In this document: piece by piece, positions 38,901-63,211 of the stretch
Layout of the letters: the number at the start of each line of letters is the position of its first letter
How positions within the stretch are numbered: the first letter of the stretch is position 1
Assembly (NCBI GenBank): GCA_051294375.1
Contig: CM119265.1
Coordinates: 21,390,278-21,454,277 of the forward strand
Length of the DNA: 64,000 nucleotides
From: Paraspadella gotoi
Taxonomy: Eukaryota > Animalia > Chaetognatha
Direction: 5' to 3'
Program-made: the position numbers and the translations under genes
The notes under the pieces: model-generated
Databases searched by the model: none
What the model saw: the letters and a program-made list of their open reading frames with translations, nothing else
What the model was told of the DNA's origin: nothing

Positions 38901-40747
38901 CCACGACCCGTAAGATTGATCCCAGTATGGTTATTTCCTTTGGCGGCAATGTGATACATCTCCCTCCTAAATTTTTGACCAAAGCGACGCCCTCTGAAGA
39001 GGCGCTAAGGTCATCGAGGCCGGCGGAAGATGAGTCGACGCCCAGAAGGGAGTTTTTGGACGTTTATCAGATCCTGGATGACTCGAAGGAGATTGTCCAC
39101 GTCGGTTCCGACGACTTCAAACTCGTCGTTCGAATCAACGAGGTGATTGATCGTATTTGGCGGTGTTCGCCGCTCTTTCTAAAAAAAAATATGGATGTTT
39201 TAGATGAGGATTGCATCGTTACTGTGGGCCTTTTGCGCCTTGTCTATTGTGCGCTTTTCTTTCTTTTTGTTTTCACCAAATGGGCCATCGCGCTTTATAA
39301 TTGTTGATAGCATCATAGGTTATGCTACTAAACGTAAAGCAATACAAGTTACCAGCTGTACGAGACGTAGAATATCGTTGTTGTTAATTTTTTTATAAGA
39401 CAACTTTTTATTATTAATAAAAATAACTTCATCTTAGACTAAGCCTCATCTTTGTTATTATCGAGTTCTAGGATTTAAACCTTACTCGTGTAGTATTTAT
39501 ATTTAGTAGCATAAATATATTTATATTTATTAGTTAATAAGAAAAATAAGTTGCAAACTGCCCCGCTTCTGCAGCTTTCCTCTATGGAGGAGGCGACACC
39601 GCCTTGGGATTTCCACCCTTCGATGCGTCTGGTTCGATCTTCGCCAGAAGAGCAACCCACGTTTTATCTCTACCTGGACAGTGACGTTCCGGCGTCCAAG
39701 GACGGAGGCCCGACAGTCGATCCGCCCATGAAAGACATTCGGGACGCCCTCTTTAAGGCCTTGGCGCAGTCGACAAATTTTGAAAGTCTCGACAATGCAC
39801 GCGAGGTTGATTAGGGAATGTGTCGGGCTTCGATGAGTATCATTAGAGTATTATATTGAAAAGGATACGATATTGAAAATGTTACTGATAGATTTGAAAT
39901 TTGGGTTATTTCAAGAATATTATTGAATTAAAACAACACAAATTTTTCACTATTTGAGAAACTAAAAGAAGCATAAGTTTAATCTCCTTTGGTCTTTAGC
40001 AATTATCGTAATTTAAGTACAGAATTTCCCAAGTATCCTAACTTGGTGTTCTCTAAATGCCGTCTTCTCCCGCAGTCGATCGATCTCCTGACCTACATAG
40101 CGACGCGTTCTCTGCAACGCAACACGGGAAAGGCGTCGCGAATGCACCTCACTTCTGCACAGAAGCGACTTTTCGACGAGTTTTCTCGGCGACTGAGGCC
40201 TTCGAGCGAGGCTATCGTCGAAGAGGCCGACGTCGTCGAAGTTGCAGCCCCGTCTGACGGCGCGACGAAGTCTTGCCGCGATAGTTCCGTCCCACCCACT
40301 CCTTCTTCGCGTTGGTCCAATCTTAAGGCGCAGGGGAAAAAGGACGCGGAGTTGGCGGGTCTCTTGGAGGAAGTGGAAAGCTTCCTAAAGGATCCGAAAT
40401 TAGCCAAGTACGTGACCGTCGCCGACAGCCGGTCGGCCGTCGAAAAGAATGAGCGGACTAGCGTCGACGATGAGACTTCCATCGCGGCGCCAACGTCCCC
40501 GCGGCCAGCCTGTTCGGGCAAATGGCGCGGCCGCGTCGGCGACGTACCAGATTCACATTCCAACGGCGTCGTTTCGTCGGAAGACGGAGACGTCAACGAA
40601 CTCAGGAAATACGTCGACGCCGATGCCGCGGCGTCTGACGGCGAAAGGGGCGACGAGGATCCATCCGTTTGTCCCAAGGGCGGGAGAGTAGACGTCGACG
40701 CTTCCAGAGGTGACGCCGCCTCCATCGATGTTCCTGACGAACTGTGA
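32966..40747 (+). CDS. EDEM3: ER degradation-enhancing alpha-mannosidase-like protein 3 (GH47 + PA domain + long tail ending PDEL)
   Basis: Signal peptide; GH47 motifs [95 protein letters not shown] and TTEAH; PA domain [19 protein letters not shown]. The last exons 38723-39142, 39575-39805 and 40076-40747 join in phase 0. Confidence 0.95.
34983..35269 (-). mobile_element. tRNA-related interspersed repeat (SINE-like), copy 2, EDEM3 intron
   Basis: Shares ATAGCCCTCACACTTAGTGTGCCCA..GTCGTATCCAACGGGTAGT with copy 1; minus strand TAGCGCACAGG..GGTTTGAGCCC (A/B-box-like). Confidence 0.8.
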
Positions 40748-43700
40748 TCAACTCTAGTCAAAAAAAATATAACCTACCTCCTTCAAGTGATAAATATCCG
40801 TTCACCGCTTTCCCGATCCCCTCCCTTCTCTCTCTCCCCCTCCCCTCGTGATATCACCCTGTTCTCCTTGACTCACGGAAGGACCTATCCACAAAGCTGC
40901 CTTATTCAAAACTTCGCAAATTCGCCAACCCCTCTGCCGAGGCGTTTAGGCTCGTCCTATCTCTTCCACCACCTTGCTCCACTCCCCAATCCCACTATTA
41001 AGCCCTTCCACTTCCAGCTTCTCTACTAGTGTCAAATTCCCCATTGTAAAGTAATTTCTAATTGAGAGTCATATTGGTTGTAACAATTTCAGACAGTTAC
41101 CTTCTGTGGTTGATGGTAACATAAATAATTAATTATCTAGTACAATACAGTACTTCAGAACTTCGACCGCAAAACTTTCGCCTGATCTATCCGTGCTCTC
41201 CTTGTTATATCATTGATGTTAAATTTTTCTCTCGTATTTAATGTATAAATTGGTCTTAATGAACTGTTTAGGTAATAGTACTTTTTCTAGTGAGCAGATA
41301 GTAGTATAATTATTACCAAAAAGTTTTGTCATGATGATATATTTTTTTTATGTTTCTCGACATGGAATCGAATTCTTAAAAAAAAATTTGGAGATCATAA
41401 GTTTTTTCTTCATTTACTAGTATAGAATCGGGCCGAAAAGAATTGAGAGGACAGTATGACAGATGCTCAATTTGAACTCCCTCCCAATTATAACTATTTA
41501 TAGTAGTTTTGACTCCTATTCAGAGTATGGACTCAAGCGTAATGTGAGTACTGTGAAAATTTTTGTCCTTAAGATTATAAAATTTACGATTCTGTCGGCA
41601 TGTCTGATTGTCTATCGCGCTCGCAACTGTTCTTTCGTTTAGGAAGTGACAAGATAGTTTTAACGGTCTTTTGTTTTTTTCTTCACGTTTATTTAATCCA
41701 GTTCGCCCTCTGTTTTTTCACTCGCGTCGTTATCGTCGCACAGAATAATATCGAAAAGAGAAAAAAAATATCACTTTATAGTAGTAATCTCGCCTTGATT
41801 GTTGATTGATTTACGAATTCCATATGTCATATGACTCTAGGATTAACTTGAACCACTGGAAATTTCCTTCCTTTTTATTCAACCTCTAAAACCGACACCA
41901 CTCCTTACCACTCCCTCCGACCGCCTACCCATTTCCCCCCGAAGCTGTTTTGAGTTATGCGCTTTGCGCGTCTTGGGTCCGTCGTTTTCATGATCTATCG
42001 TATCTCCATCTCGCTATCGCTTTCTTTTTATTCCTCTCTCACACCATCTCGTCTCAAAAACTTTCATCTCTTTCGACACCTATAGACCAGGGGGGCGAAA
42101 TAGAGATTTTCCAATAAGCTTTAAATGTCGCTGTTTATTTTTGGTGTCAATAGCTCGATCTTTTGAAGTTGTGAAATTGTCCACAATTCGCAAGCTTCGA
42201 ATCGAATTGATAAAAATTGGTGCTTCGCGTCGAGTGGATGGTTGTTTTTTCTCCGCGCAAGTAGGGAGAGAGAGAATAGCCATACTCGAGATCGAATGAT
42301 GAAATTTCATAAGAAAAGTCCATCTCTCGTATGATCGGCTTCTCTTCGCCAAGAACCGGGGAGGTTGAGGTTCTCGAAATGGAGAAGTGGGTTGGGAGCG
42401 GACCTTTTTTTTTAGTCGGAATTTGACGCCGAAACAATATTTACAGTAGGAGGCGCCAGATTTTAAGTAAATTCCTGTTTCTGGAAATTTTATATACTCG
42501 CGCTGACTTACATTTTTTGCTGCCAAAAAGAGGCTCGACATTTTGGCGAGAAATAATTGATTATAATTAAGCTTAACAGTATTAGTATTTTTATTAATAG
42601 GAATGGTCAATGTTGACAATCACAATTTCTCACTCTCCATCATCTTGCCACCGCGTTTCGTCCAAGGTAGCGAATCCTTCTCCGCCGAGACGACGACGAA
42701 GACGAATCGGGGCTGCATCTCTCCAAGCATCTCGTCGATCCCGAGACGATGCGATGTTGTTCTCTTCAAGAAATCAACTCCACTGGGGGCCGCGAGGGAA
42801 TCCGACCGTCGAACGGGGCGGAGATAAGGGGTGAGACGGCGGGGGGCGTCGAGATTTGAACGAACGATTGGAAGAGTTTCTGAGGAAAGGGGCCGAAGTG
42901 GTTTGTGGAGTGAATGGTCACAGCAATTGCACCGGCGGTAAGGCATAAAGTTGATTGGTCCTTTGACTTGCAGTTGTCGTTTATTAGCTTCTGGCAATCG
43001 ACTTAACTCTTAGCGTAGCAAAATTGCTTGTCGTTAAAGTAGGGGACATATTGACAATCTAGTTCAAAACTAATCGATAGCTACATTAGTCACATCCAAA
43101 ACTAATGGCAAAATTGCCTAAGGACAATTAATTGCGGTCGAAAAAATTCGAAAACGCAGAAATTTATGCTTGATCATTGATAAGCGTAAGATCTGTTTTA
43201 GGAAGCAGAAAAATTCCACCAACTTTTCGGAAAGAGGATCTTTGGCTTTAAAACTTGAGAAAAAACTTTCTGCTCTTAATTTGAAAAGTAAACACGTTTA
43301 ATGTTTTTTCTAAGCAATAGATTCGGATCTTATCTCATGATGAAACTTCTTCGTCGCCTGAGGCACTAGTGAAACTATTTAACGGATCCTAAATCTTGTG
43401 AACTCAATAGAAAATTATGTAGAATTGAATAGTAAAAACCCCAAGTTTTGTAAATGAAAATAAAAAAAGTATTTTATATTTATATCTCAATCCCAAATCT
43501 AGACAAACGCATTACAAGAAATCTTTTCCTTTCTCCGCAATATCTCCACCGCCCTTCTTTTTTCACGCATTTCCCCTTTTCTCTCTTTTCCTCTCATCCT
43601 ATTCACCGTCCCTTCCTCTTTTAGATGTCCTCATTGTCGGATTTCCCTCCTCATAAAAAAGTCTTTGCAAATCGTTCTCGTCGCTTTCATCTATTGACGC

Positions 43701-44984
43701 GTTTCTGACGGTTTGTGACGAGTTTAATCGATTTTTTTTCTCTTTCCATGAGATTCGAATAACGAACTAAACCGAATCCTTTCACAATTCCCCTCTTATT
43801 CTCTTTTTTTTTCTCTCTTTTCAATTCTTTTCGCGCTCTAGCGTCATGGCGCGACGTCGCGGCACACGCCGGCACTTTTCCAAGCGACGTGCGCACACGC
43901 CGCGACTGCATGTTCGCCGCTTAACACGCGCACGTGTTCTCGTTTAATTGAATCGCGGGTGAGAAAGCGAGAATTGTTCTTCGTGCCACGAAGTTTCTGT
44001 TGCTCTCTTCCGCGTACGGAATCAACTCATAAATCGAGAAGAATACAGTTCAACAAGTTCAACAACTCGACTCCTTTTATATCAATCTGACAAATTTCAA
44101 CTACTCAATTTTTTTTTTCAGATTTTCCTCAAGATATCGTCACTGCCGCTTCGATCGTATCGAAACTCGTCTCGAAGTCGAGTTTCGATTTCAAATCGGA
44201 TCGATCTTCGAGGGGGCATCCTCGGGAAGTGGAAGTTGCCGAGAGGAGATCGCCATCGCCGCTTATCTAGATCCATCCGTGGACCCGACGATTGTATCTT
44301 CTGGGTGCCGTCTGCGCTCCCTGGAGACGAGGTTTCGCGGAAACTTATGCTTATGGTCATTTGTTTTTCGATTCAATACAAGCCTTTAATATCAAGTTTC
44401 ACCCCAAAGAACGCCATCTTTTTCTACATAAAGCGATTTTTAATGAACAGTTTACGTTGGTAAAAACCCGATACTCGCTGATCCTCTTTTCGAACTTGCA
44501 GTATCTCAAACTCTTGCTTCAACTCATTTCTTTTTTTAGGCCAAGAATTAAACTTCCCTCTCCCCCGTTTCTCAGCCCCACATCTCCCCGCTGCCTGTTT
44601 TCCGACGGATTTTTCAGGACGCGTATTTGTTTTGATAGCTGTCGATATTCTTTGCCCCGGGCGCCATATCGCCGCCCATCGGAATGGCGGGGCTCGTGGG
44701 GAACGAGGGTTGGGAGTGCGAGTGAGGTTGAAAGAAAGGGGGGGGGTTGAAAAGTGGGAAGTTCCGAAGGAAGAATTGAAGAAGGTAGAAAATATGTACA
44801 AGAGTCTGGCGCCGAGAGGCGGGGAAGTGGAGTTGGGAAGCAGACGGGAAGTAGGCGGCGAAGGAAGACGGCGGAGATGGAGAGAAGAAAGAAAGAATTA
44901 AATCGAGAAAGAATGATATTTATTCAAAAATTAAAGAGTGAAAGATGGGAACATTTGACTGATTCAGTGAATGAGACTGATATG

Positions 44985-45145
44985 GAGAATTGAATCGAGA
45001 ATGAGATTTGCAGAATGAGAATGACAGTTGAATGCAGAATGGGGTTGAGAATGAGTTGAGAATCAGAGTTGAAAGGAGAATGAAGTTGAGAATGAGCTGA
45101 GAAGAATGAGAGATGAATGGAGAATTGAGTTTAGAATAAGAATAG
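44985..45145. repeat. Degenerate GAGAATGA(G)TT tandem repeat
   Basis: Repeated GAGAATGAGTT-like units. Confidence 0.7.
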
Positions 45146-47799
45146 CATTAGGAGAGTGGCGAAAAAAGTAAGTAATTGGGAAGAGAAATTAAAGAGGGGT
45201 CGAAGAGAATGACTCAATATCGTTGTCCCCCGGAGGAGATGGCGTCGGCAGCCGGCGATCCCCGCGCCTGTGGCGAAGAGAAGTAAAGAGTAGAGAAGTA
45301 AAATAAATTCTCGGGTTGAATCGGAAAATTCGGGTGACTTTGTGAGTTCAATGTGAGGGAATCTTACGGAGGAATTCGGATGAAAAGAAAAGAGTGAGAC
45401 TTAATGGAATTAAAATAAGAGGAAGGGCGAAGAAAAGGAGGAACCGGAAAAAGCCGACTGAAGACTATGTATGAATGATGGATCACAAGAAAGGAAAGAA
45501 AATCCAAGAATAAAAATTAATATGTGAAAAGAGTTTGGCGACCGGACAAGAATAGAGGGACGTTTCGGAACAAAAGGGATATGGGTTTAATGAGAGCGAG
45601 AAAAAGAAAAACAAGAATAAAGAAAGTTATCGCGAGGGTGACTTTTAAAGAAAAAGAAGAAAGATCAAGAGAAAAAGAAGAATGTGAGGGTCTTTTGTTT
45701 CGTCGCCGCGGGAGGGCGCGAAGGCCGGAAGGGGGATCCGGATTCCCCGGAATTCCTCGTCGACGATCGAAGGTTTCCGGAATCGACGGACTTGAGAGAG
45801 GAGTGAATCTGAGAGTGATATTGGTTTTAGCCGAGGAGACAGCTCTGAAATCGAATTCCGGGATTTATGCTTTAGGAAAAAAAATATATATTCGTCAGTT
45901 CAAAGAATTTCGAAATATATCCTAAAATTTCTATGAACTCAAGAAAATCAAAAACAGTTGACGACTTTTGATTTGACGACGACGGTCGGTCGGTCAGTCA
46001 CAAATTTCAAATTGGAAAGAATGAATTTGGTAAAATTGGGGATATTGATTTTTGGTAAACAAGTGAGAGAGAGACTGGATCGGAGGTAGAGTCAAGGAAG
46101 GGAGGGACTGGGGAAGGGGAAGGGGAACAACCGAAAGAGATCCGGGTTTGGAAGTGGGCGGGGGGATTCGAGCCAGAAATATCAATAAACCAAAGTTCGA
46201 GCGAAGATTTTGAGAAAAGGGGCGATCGACTTCAAACCCCGAAGGGATACGACGACGACCACGACGAAGATGGCGACGATGACGACGACGAAGATGGCGA
46301 AGAAGGAGACGTCGACTTTCGACCAAGAAGATGAGGATGAGTTCATTAAGAAAAAAGAGTAAAACATAAATTAATTTAAAAATTATAAATAGTCGCTTTA
46401 TTTGCTTCTATCTTTTTATGGTTAATAGCATATGTCTTTTCCATCTATACGGTTCGTTTGACAAGCTGAATAGCACGCCTGCAACGAGGCGTTTATGCAT
46501 TGGATTGTGAGTTACGTGTCAGACACGCGACAATGTCAACGCCGTTCGCAGACGTTAAATCATACAGATCGTGGGGTTTATTAGACACATAAACTATGAA
46601 GTGTATTATCCTTTTTAGTCCTTTAGTTTAATAAATCCATATAACTCTTTCTTTTTCGCATTATTTTGTTTATTTATGTTTATATAAAAGATATAGTATT
46701 TATTTCTTCGTTTTTCTTTCCGTTTCTTTCGATGCCTTTCAAATTTTGGCTTTTTTCAAATATTTTCTTTTTGCCCAATTTTTCGTTCTTATACTTTATT
46801 TTCCTTTTTTTTTCTCCTTTTTCCTTCCCTCTTCCTTTTCGCCAGACTTTATTCCTGAAACCCAAGAAGATGATTCACTTTATTTCTTCCAAAAACTATT
46901 TTCATTCATATTTTTTTCAATTATAGCACGAGTGTTTATTATTTAGGTTAGAGGAAAAAGTCGGATAAATATTGTGGTTTGTTTAAAATGATAACCCTAT
47001 CGTTTGAAATGGATCCTAATTGTCTCAGATTAGAGGCGCGTGGAGGTTTCGGCGTCTTTTTTTATCACCTCGCTTTTTCATGATGAAACTTTTAATGGAA
47101 TACATGTATATACCTTAAAATGTGTTATTTTTTTATTTCAGTATGTTTTCAAGTCTTTTGACGAAAATATGCATTAAATTTTCGTTATAAATACGAAATT
47201 GAGAAAATTGACCAACGTAGACCTCGAATTTGAGTTACTAGATACAATTTCCAATAAGTTAGGCACATACGAGTATCGGTAAACAAACGACCAAAAAAAA
47301 CAATGGTATAAAAATCGGTTCAAACCATTTCGCTTGGGCATTTAACCCAAGACGCGGTTATTTTCTTTGGCTCACTCAATGTAATCAATGTATTCTCCTT
47401 CCAACTCCCTCGTGGTTTTAACCGTATGACAATAATATTTAAGTTATATGGAGGGATTTTTTTAAATAAATCTATTAAATGCACGGAAAATATAAAAAGT
47501 CTCGGACTATGAAATTTTTAAAATATATCTGGATCGAATTTTTCTTTTCTTGTTCATTTTGGTTTCGGGGCATGAAGAGCGTCTGAGAAATATGGAAAAA
47601 GGAAAAGCAGAGAAGAAAACTAAGGAAAAGAAATGGGGGAAAAGAGAATAAGGAAGGCGTTATGAAAGATGAAGTCCCGCGGTTCGACGATGGTAGGCGA
47701 AGAGCGGGAGGTTTGTTTTTTTCCAAGAAGGTCGCGGGGTGGGTTCTCTTTTTGGTTGGCAGGGGGGTTAAGTGGGGGAAAGGGGGTTTTATTTTAAAG

Positions 47800-47908
<109 letters not shown>

Positions 47909-48426
47909 TGGGGTTTTTCGGTTGAGGAAAGGGGGCGAAGGGGTCGTGGTTATGATGTGGTCCTTTGAAATTTTTCAAGAAGGGGTTAGCAGGTTAGGGT
48001 TAGGGTTAGGGTTAGCAGTTTCGAATACCTTCCAAGACTAAAAAGATTTGTTTCAGAGAATGGCTCTAAACTAATGAGGGATTGAGGGTGATAAAGAACG
48101 GTTCTTCGGCGGTGGTCACCTCAGAACAATTGTTTTATAGAGAAAGATTGAACCTTACGACGAAAAGAATCTATAAGAAACATAATGAACTTAATAATTT
48201 GTGGTAGTGGCTGGTGAGATTTTCGTCAAAAGTCTTTCATTTTCCCGAAACTCAAATTTTCTTTCAACGTTATTAAGTGGCTACTGTTCTTTCGCTAAAA
48301 AAAAAAGCTTAAAACAAAAGATGAAATTTCACTACAAAAGAAGCCGCTGGTTGTCAGGCCTGTCGTGTCTATCAATGGTCTAGACTTGTCATCTCTGTCA
48401 ACTCGTCTCGCCATGTGAAGACAAAA

Positions 48427-48489
<63 letters not shown>

Positions 48490-48759
48490 GGGAAGAAGGG
48501 AGAATGATAAGAGTGGGTGAAGCGAGAAAGAAAAAGAGAAGATAATTTTCTAAGATAGCCGGATATTAAGCAAGAGAAAGAAAACTGGTACTTTTTCTCT
48601 AGAGGTAGACGCGATCATTTACGGTATCCCACTCATGTGTTAACTTTGTTTCCGATTATTTGTAGGTTATCGCACTTCGTAACGATTTTAAGATATTTAA
48701 CCATAATATTTTATTGAACTTGTCAAAGGTAAAAGTTATTTAATACGTTCTTTAACTTT

Positions 48760-48838
48760 ATCAAATAAAAATCGTTGTAGTAACGAAAACAAATTTCTGT
48801 TTGCTAATCTCACAAACACAACGAAACGAAAGGTTATA
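48760..48838 (+). repeat. Dispersed copy of the 3' tail of the hammerhead-bearing repeat
   Basis: TCAAATAAAAATCGTTGTA..TTTGCTAATCTCACAAACACAACGAAACGAAAGG matches the reverse complement of 28292-28360. Confidence 0.65.
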
Positions 48839-50729
48839 TCGAATAATGTTCTTTAACTAAAAACATTCAACGTAAAGAATGTGACTGTCATTTTCGAGTC
48901 GCTTCGTCCTTTTCTCACGAAATTAAGAGCCGCTGATGATTGTTGGGTTCCGTCACTCATTTTTGTACCTGATGACAAAAGAGTTCTCAACTGCTGCTCC
49001 AAAAAAAAAAGGAAAAGCAAAAAATTTCATTTTTTTCGGAACCTTCTTTTACCGGTGAAATGCTTTTTACAGGAATAAATAAACCGAGATATACTACGCA
49101 ATCAAAACTAGTAATTTTTACAAGAAAATAGAGAAAAGAACGGTTCTCACAAAAACGTCGGATATTCATGCCACCGACGTTTTCGCGGTGAATCGGTTGA
49201 GGCGTGAACTAAAAAACGACGGGAAATATCATCGGCGCCCAACGGAAGAAAAGCGCGCGCCTCTTTCAGCGGGAGGAGGAAGAGGAGGAGGAGGAAGGAA
49301 GGGAAGAAGAAGATGAAGAAGAATATTATGTAAAATAAACAATATTACAGAGTTTAAGGCGAAGAAAACTTCGTCCTTTTTTCTCTCAAGTATGAGATCA
49401 ATGGCTAATTTTTTTGCGATAGAAGACGAAGAAGAGAAGTAAAGGGAAAATTCGTCGGTTAAAATCTTATGGAGCGGATTTTATGGGCTTCGCTTCGGAA
49501 GAAGAGGAGGAGGAGGAAGAGTGAGATGAGGACGAGCGGCGACGACGAATAAGAAGGCGTCGAACATTTTCTCCGACAGCCGATGCGCCGAATTTCGATC
49601 CAATTCTAATTCACATTCGATTTTTGGATTAAGTTTGTAAAATGTCAAAAATTTAAGTTAGATTAATCTTGGAAATTTTCGTAACGTCATCGACAAACTT
49701 AATTGTCTTAACGACTTCATCGAAACGTCACTTTTCATAAAAATTTCCTGAAAAATGTCATATTTCACAGTTCCATATTTTTTTTAATAAAGTATTTTAA
49801 GAAACTTTTAAGAAAAGTATGTTTTCTCAATTAAAACTGCATTTCATCGATTCGCCTTAATCGCCAAGAAGAACAACAGTAAATACGACGACAACAGCAA
49901 CGAAGACAACGACGACAAAGAGACCAACAGAAAAAAAGGGGAACTGTCTTCTTTTTCTGTCTTCGTCGTCGAGCGAAGGCCATTTTTTGATTGTCACACG
50001 AAATCAAAATCGATAGAAAAAAAGAAAAGAAAAGATGAAAGAGAGAAAAAAAGGACAGAAAAACAATTACAAGCAAAAACGGCGAAAGCAAAAAAATCTG
50101 TTTAGCCCTGGCTTGAAATAACCCTACCATAAAAAAAGATTTCTAATCATTTTTTTATATATTTCAGAGAAATGTTTTAATATTAAATTGGGTGACCTCA
50201 CGGGAAAATACCCTTTGAATTCAAAATTTTATATCGATTTTGATTGTTATATAGTTTTATATAGTACAAACGCATTTCTTTTTCTCCAATCGAGATTCTC
50301 TTGAGATTTAGATTCCATCTCTTTCTTTCTTTTCCTCGTCTTTCCATCTCACGCGACAAAATCCCCCCCCCCTCTTTTTTTTTCAGCAAATTTTCCTTTC
50401 TTTTCTTTTTAATCGAAACTGCGAAAAAAAAGGAAACCGAAGAAAAAAAAAGGAACAAGAGAGAAAGAAAAAAAAAAGTAGTTTTGTCTTTCGTGACTCG
50501 GAAAAAAAAAATCTTCGCGCGACAAAAAAAAAAAAAAAACTCACAGAAAATCTTCACGAATCCCGACAATCACGTCGTTCTTATCTAATTTCCTGAAAAA
50601 CGGCCAAGACGTTGACGACTTGGATTTCAATCAGAAATATATATTTAATTTTATTTAATACTTCTCAACGTTTCCCAATTACTACTAAATTTTTTAAAAA
50701 AATAACCATGTGAAGACCCTCTTCTTAAC

Positions 50730-60780
<10,051 letters not shown>

Positions 60781-63211
60781 TAAATTTTTTTTAACAATAA
60801 AAGCGAATAACGATTTTCGTATTTATCCATATGTAAGGCAATTATGTTTAAAATAGTGCGTAGGTACACTTCTGAAATCTGTTAGGTCGATCGAACGCGA
60901 GACTTGGGACCGATTTCAAAAACAAAGCATTTGCATAATATTCTAATTTGAAATCCAAGTAACTTTATTCATTATTATTTCGACGATGAATTTGAATGAC
61001 ATATAAAGACCATTATTTTAAAAATCAGAAAACTGTTAATATGATATAATGTTAATATAATATAATTAATAATAATGTTAATATAATATAAATTTGTTCG
61101 TGCCATGATCTTATTTTATTAATTTTTAATCTGATTTTTGTTGTGTTTCTCTGTGATTAATTTTTTACGTGCGCTTTTTTGTCTTGTTTTTTGTGAACTT
61201 GAAAGCATGAGATTCCTTTTTTCTAAATAAATATGGAATAAGAATCCCCAAAGCTTTTATATTTGTTTTTATTGGATGCTGGACGGTAGAGAGTAGACAC
61301 CGGATAGTGGATACTGCGATATTTTAGTTGTTTTAAAAACCATGCAAAGTTTAAACTGAAACAAGAAGGAAACCACTCTTTGGAAAAAGCTACTGTATAA
61401 TGATATGCTATTGGCTATTAACTTAGAAGAAATAGGGTGAATTGTCTGATATGATATTTAAAGATAAAAACGGAAAATGCCATTTGCCTTTTTAGGTAGT
61501 AGATTTCGTTTAAAATTTTGGAGTTACTTTAGTCTTTACAGTTACTTTTGTGTTCGGCACGAAACGAGCAAACAAATGAACACAGTTCAAGGTGTTTGTA
61601 AACGACCAACTTTCGCCGACTCGCGGCATGAAAATGAATTTTTGCTGGTTAAGGATTAGTACTATTCTTAATAATCTTATGACTCATTTAGAGTAGTGAT
61701 TTATTTAGGTGATATTCAAACTCAATTAAAGAGAAGAATTAATTAATAGTTAATAAGTTATGTTTACCTAACTCATCATTTTCTTATTTTCACCATTATA
61801 TTTTAGAAATAACACTGTAATATAGTAAATGACGAAATTATTTCTTTATTAAAAACACCGACTAGCGTTGTGTTGTGATGTTTAATACTGCATTATCAGT
61901 GAAGAAACAGTCACGGAAATCATTATTTAACAGGCGAAAATTTTGGTTATAGTTATGACAAGATACATTAATCACTGAAGGTAAAATCAATATTGAATTT
62001 AGAGAAACAACCTTTCGATAGCTATAAACTAAATAAGATGATACAAAATTTACTATTGCATTTAAAAGTAATATCCATAAGCAAAAAAATAAATAAGCAA
62101 AACTGCAAGGTGTTATATTTTAAACTTTGTTATATTAATTTTATGCTCATCAAATTAATTTACAAATTCTATCTCCATGTATATAGGTAAACACCTTGCA
62201 GATACAAGCTGACAAAAAATTCTCATACAATGTATAAAAGAAATCGGCAAGAACAGACTCATAATTTATGTATTGATAAAATATACGAAACTGGTTTTGA
62301 AATTCTAGCAACTTTAGATCTGGAAATATATGTAAAAGTAAAAATCAGTCTAAACTACAACATTGAAAAAAATATTTGTTCACTATATGTCTATTATCTA
62401 TGAGGGCTACAACAATAGTGGAGTTTCTGGTGACTATTCTAATTCTCATAAGCCTCTGCTTAGAGTCTATTCTTGTCTAAACCACAAATTTTGTAGTATG
62501 AAATTTCATGATGAAAGATTACTTCTTATTTGTTTACAAATAAGGAAATCTCAAAAAGGTTTCAGGTAATCAGGATTCTTATGAAATATTATTATTCGTA
62601 AACAAAAGCGAAAGAAGCTTAATAAATAATAAAACATTAACAACAAACGAAAAGGAATTTGATTTTAGAATTAAGCCGTGAATTCAAACATACAGTGAAA
62701 TCGCTTCTTTTTTTTGTAATTGTAAAGTAGATAATGATTTTGCAAAGTGAGACCATCGTCCATTTTGTTCTTTAAGTTTTTTTTATTACTTTAAAAGTAC
62801 TTAATATTAAACGTCAAATAGAAATATCCATTCTAATCAGAACCTCGTTTTGACGGTCGCGATTAGCTGCAATTTAAAAAAAATATTTTTTTACAGTATT
62901 ACGATATAGCATTGAATTCGTCCGTCATTTATCAAAGACTAGGGGTCAGAAATAATAAAATATGGCACAAACCCACTTTTTTCTCGATATTAGTATTTGC
63001 AGCAGACAACTTTATTTAAAACCCATCGCTTTAAAGCAGTCGTCTTAGCATAATGTAAATATAACTGGTTGTTAGCGAAAAAATTAAAAGACTGCGAAAG
63101 CGAAAGTCAAAATCCTCTTACTTTAGTTTGAAATCAAATATAGCATCTCGCAGATAAAATATTTTGTCGACTTCTCTCTTTACCCATGACTATATTCATC
63201 GCCGCTCTTTT

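Noticed and set aside
39584-40747. Independent two-exon orphan gene
   Set aside because: In-phase acceptor at 39574 and terminal PDEL fit better as EDEM3 final exons.
42080-42619. 179-aa minus-strand ORF with CKYC
   Set aside because: No recognisable domain, non-ATG start, no clear splice context.
47985-48017. (TTAGGG)3 and similar run at ~51815-51880
   Set aside because: Too short and degenerate to indicate a telomere or fusion site.
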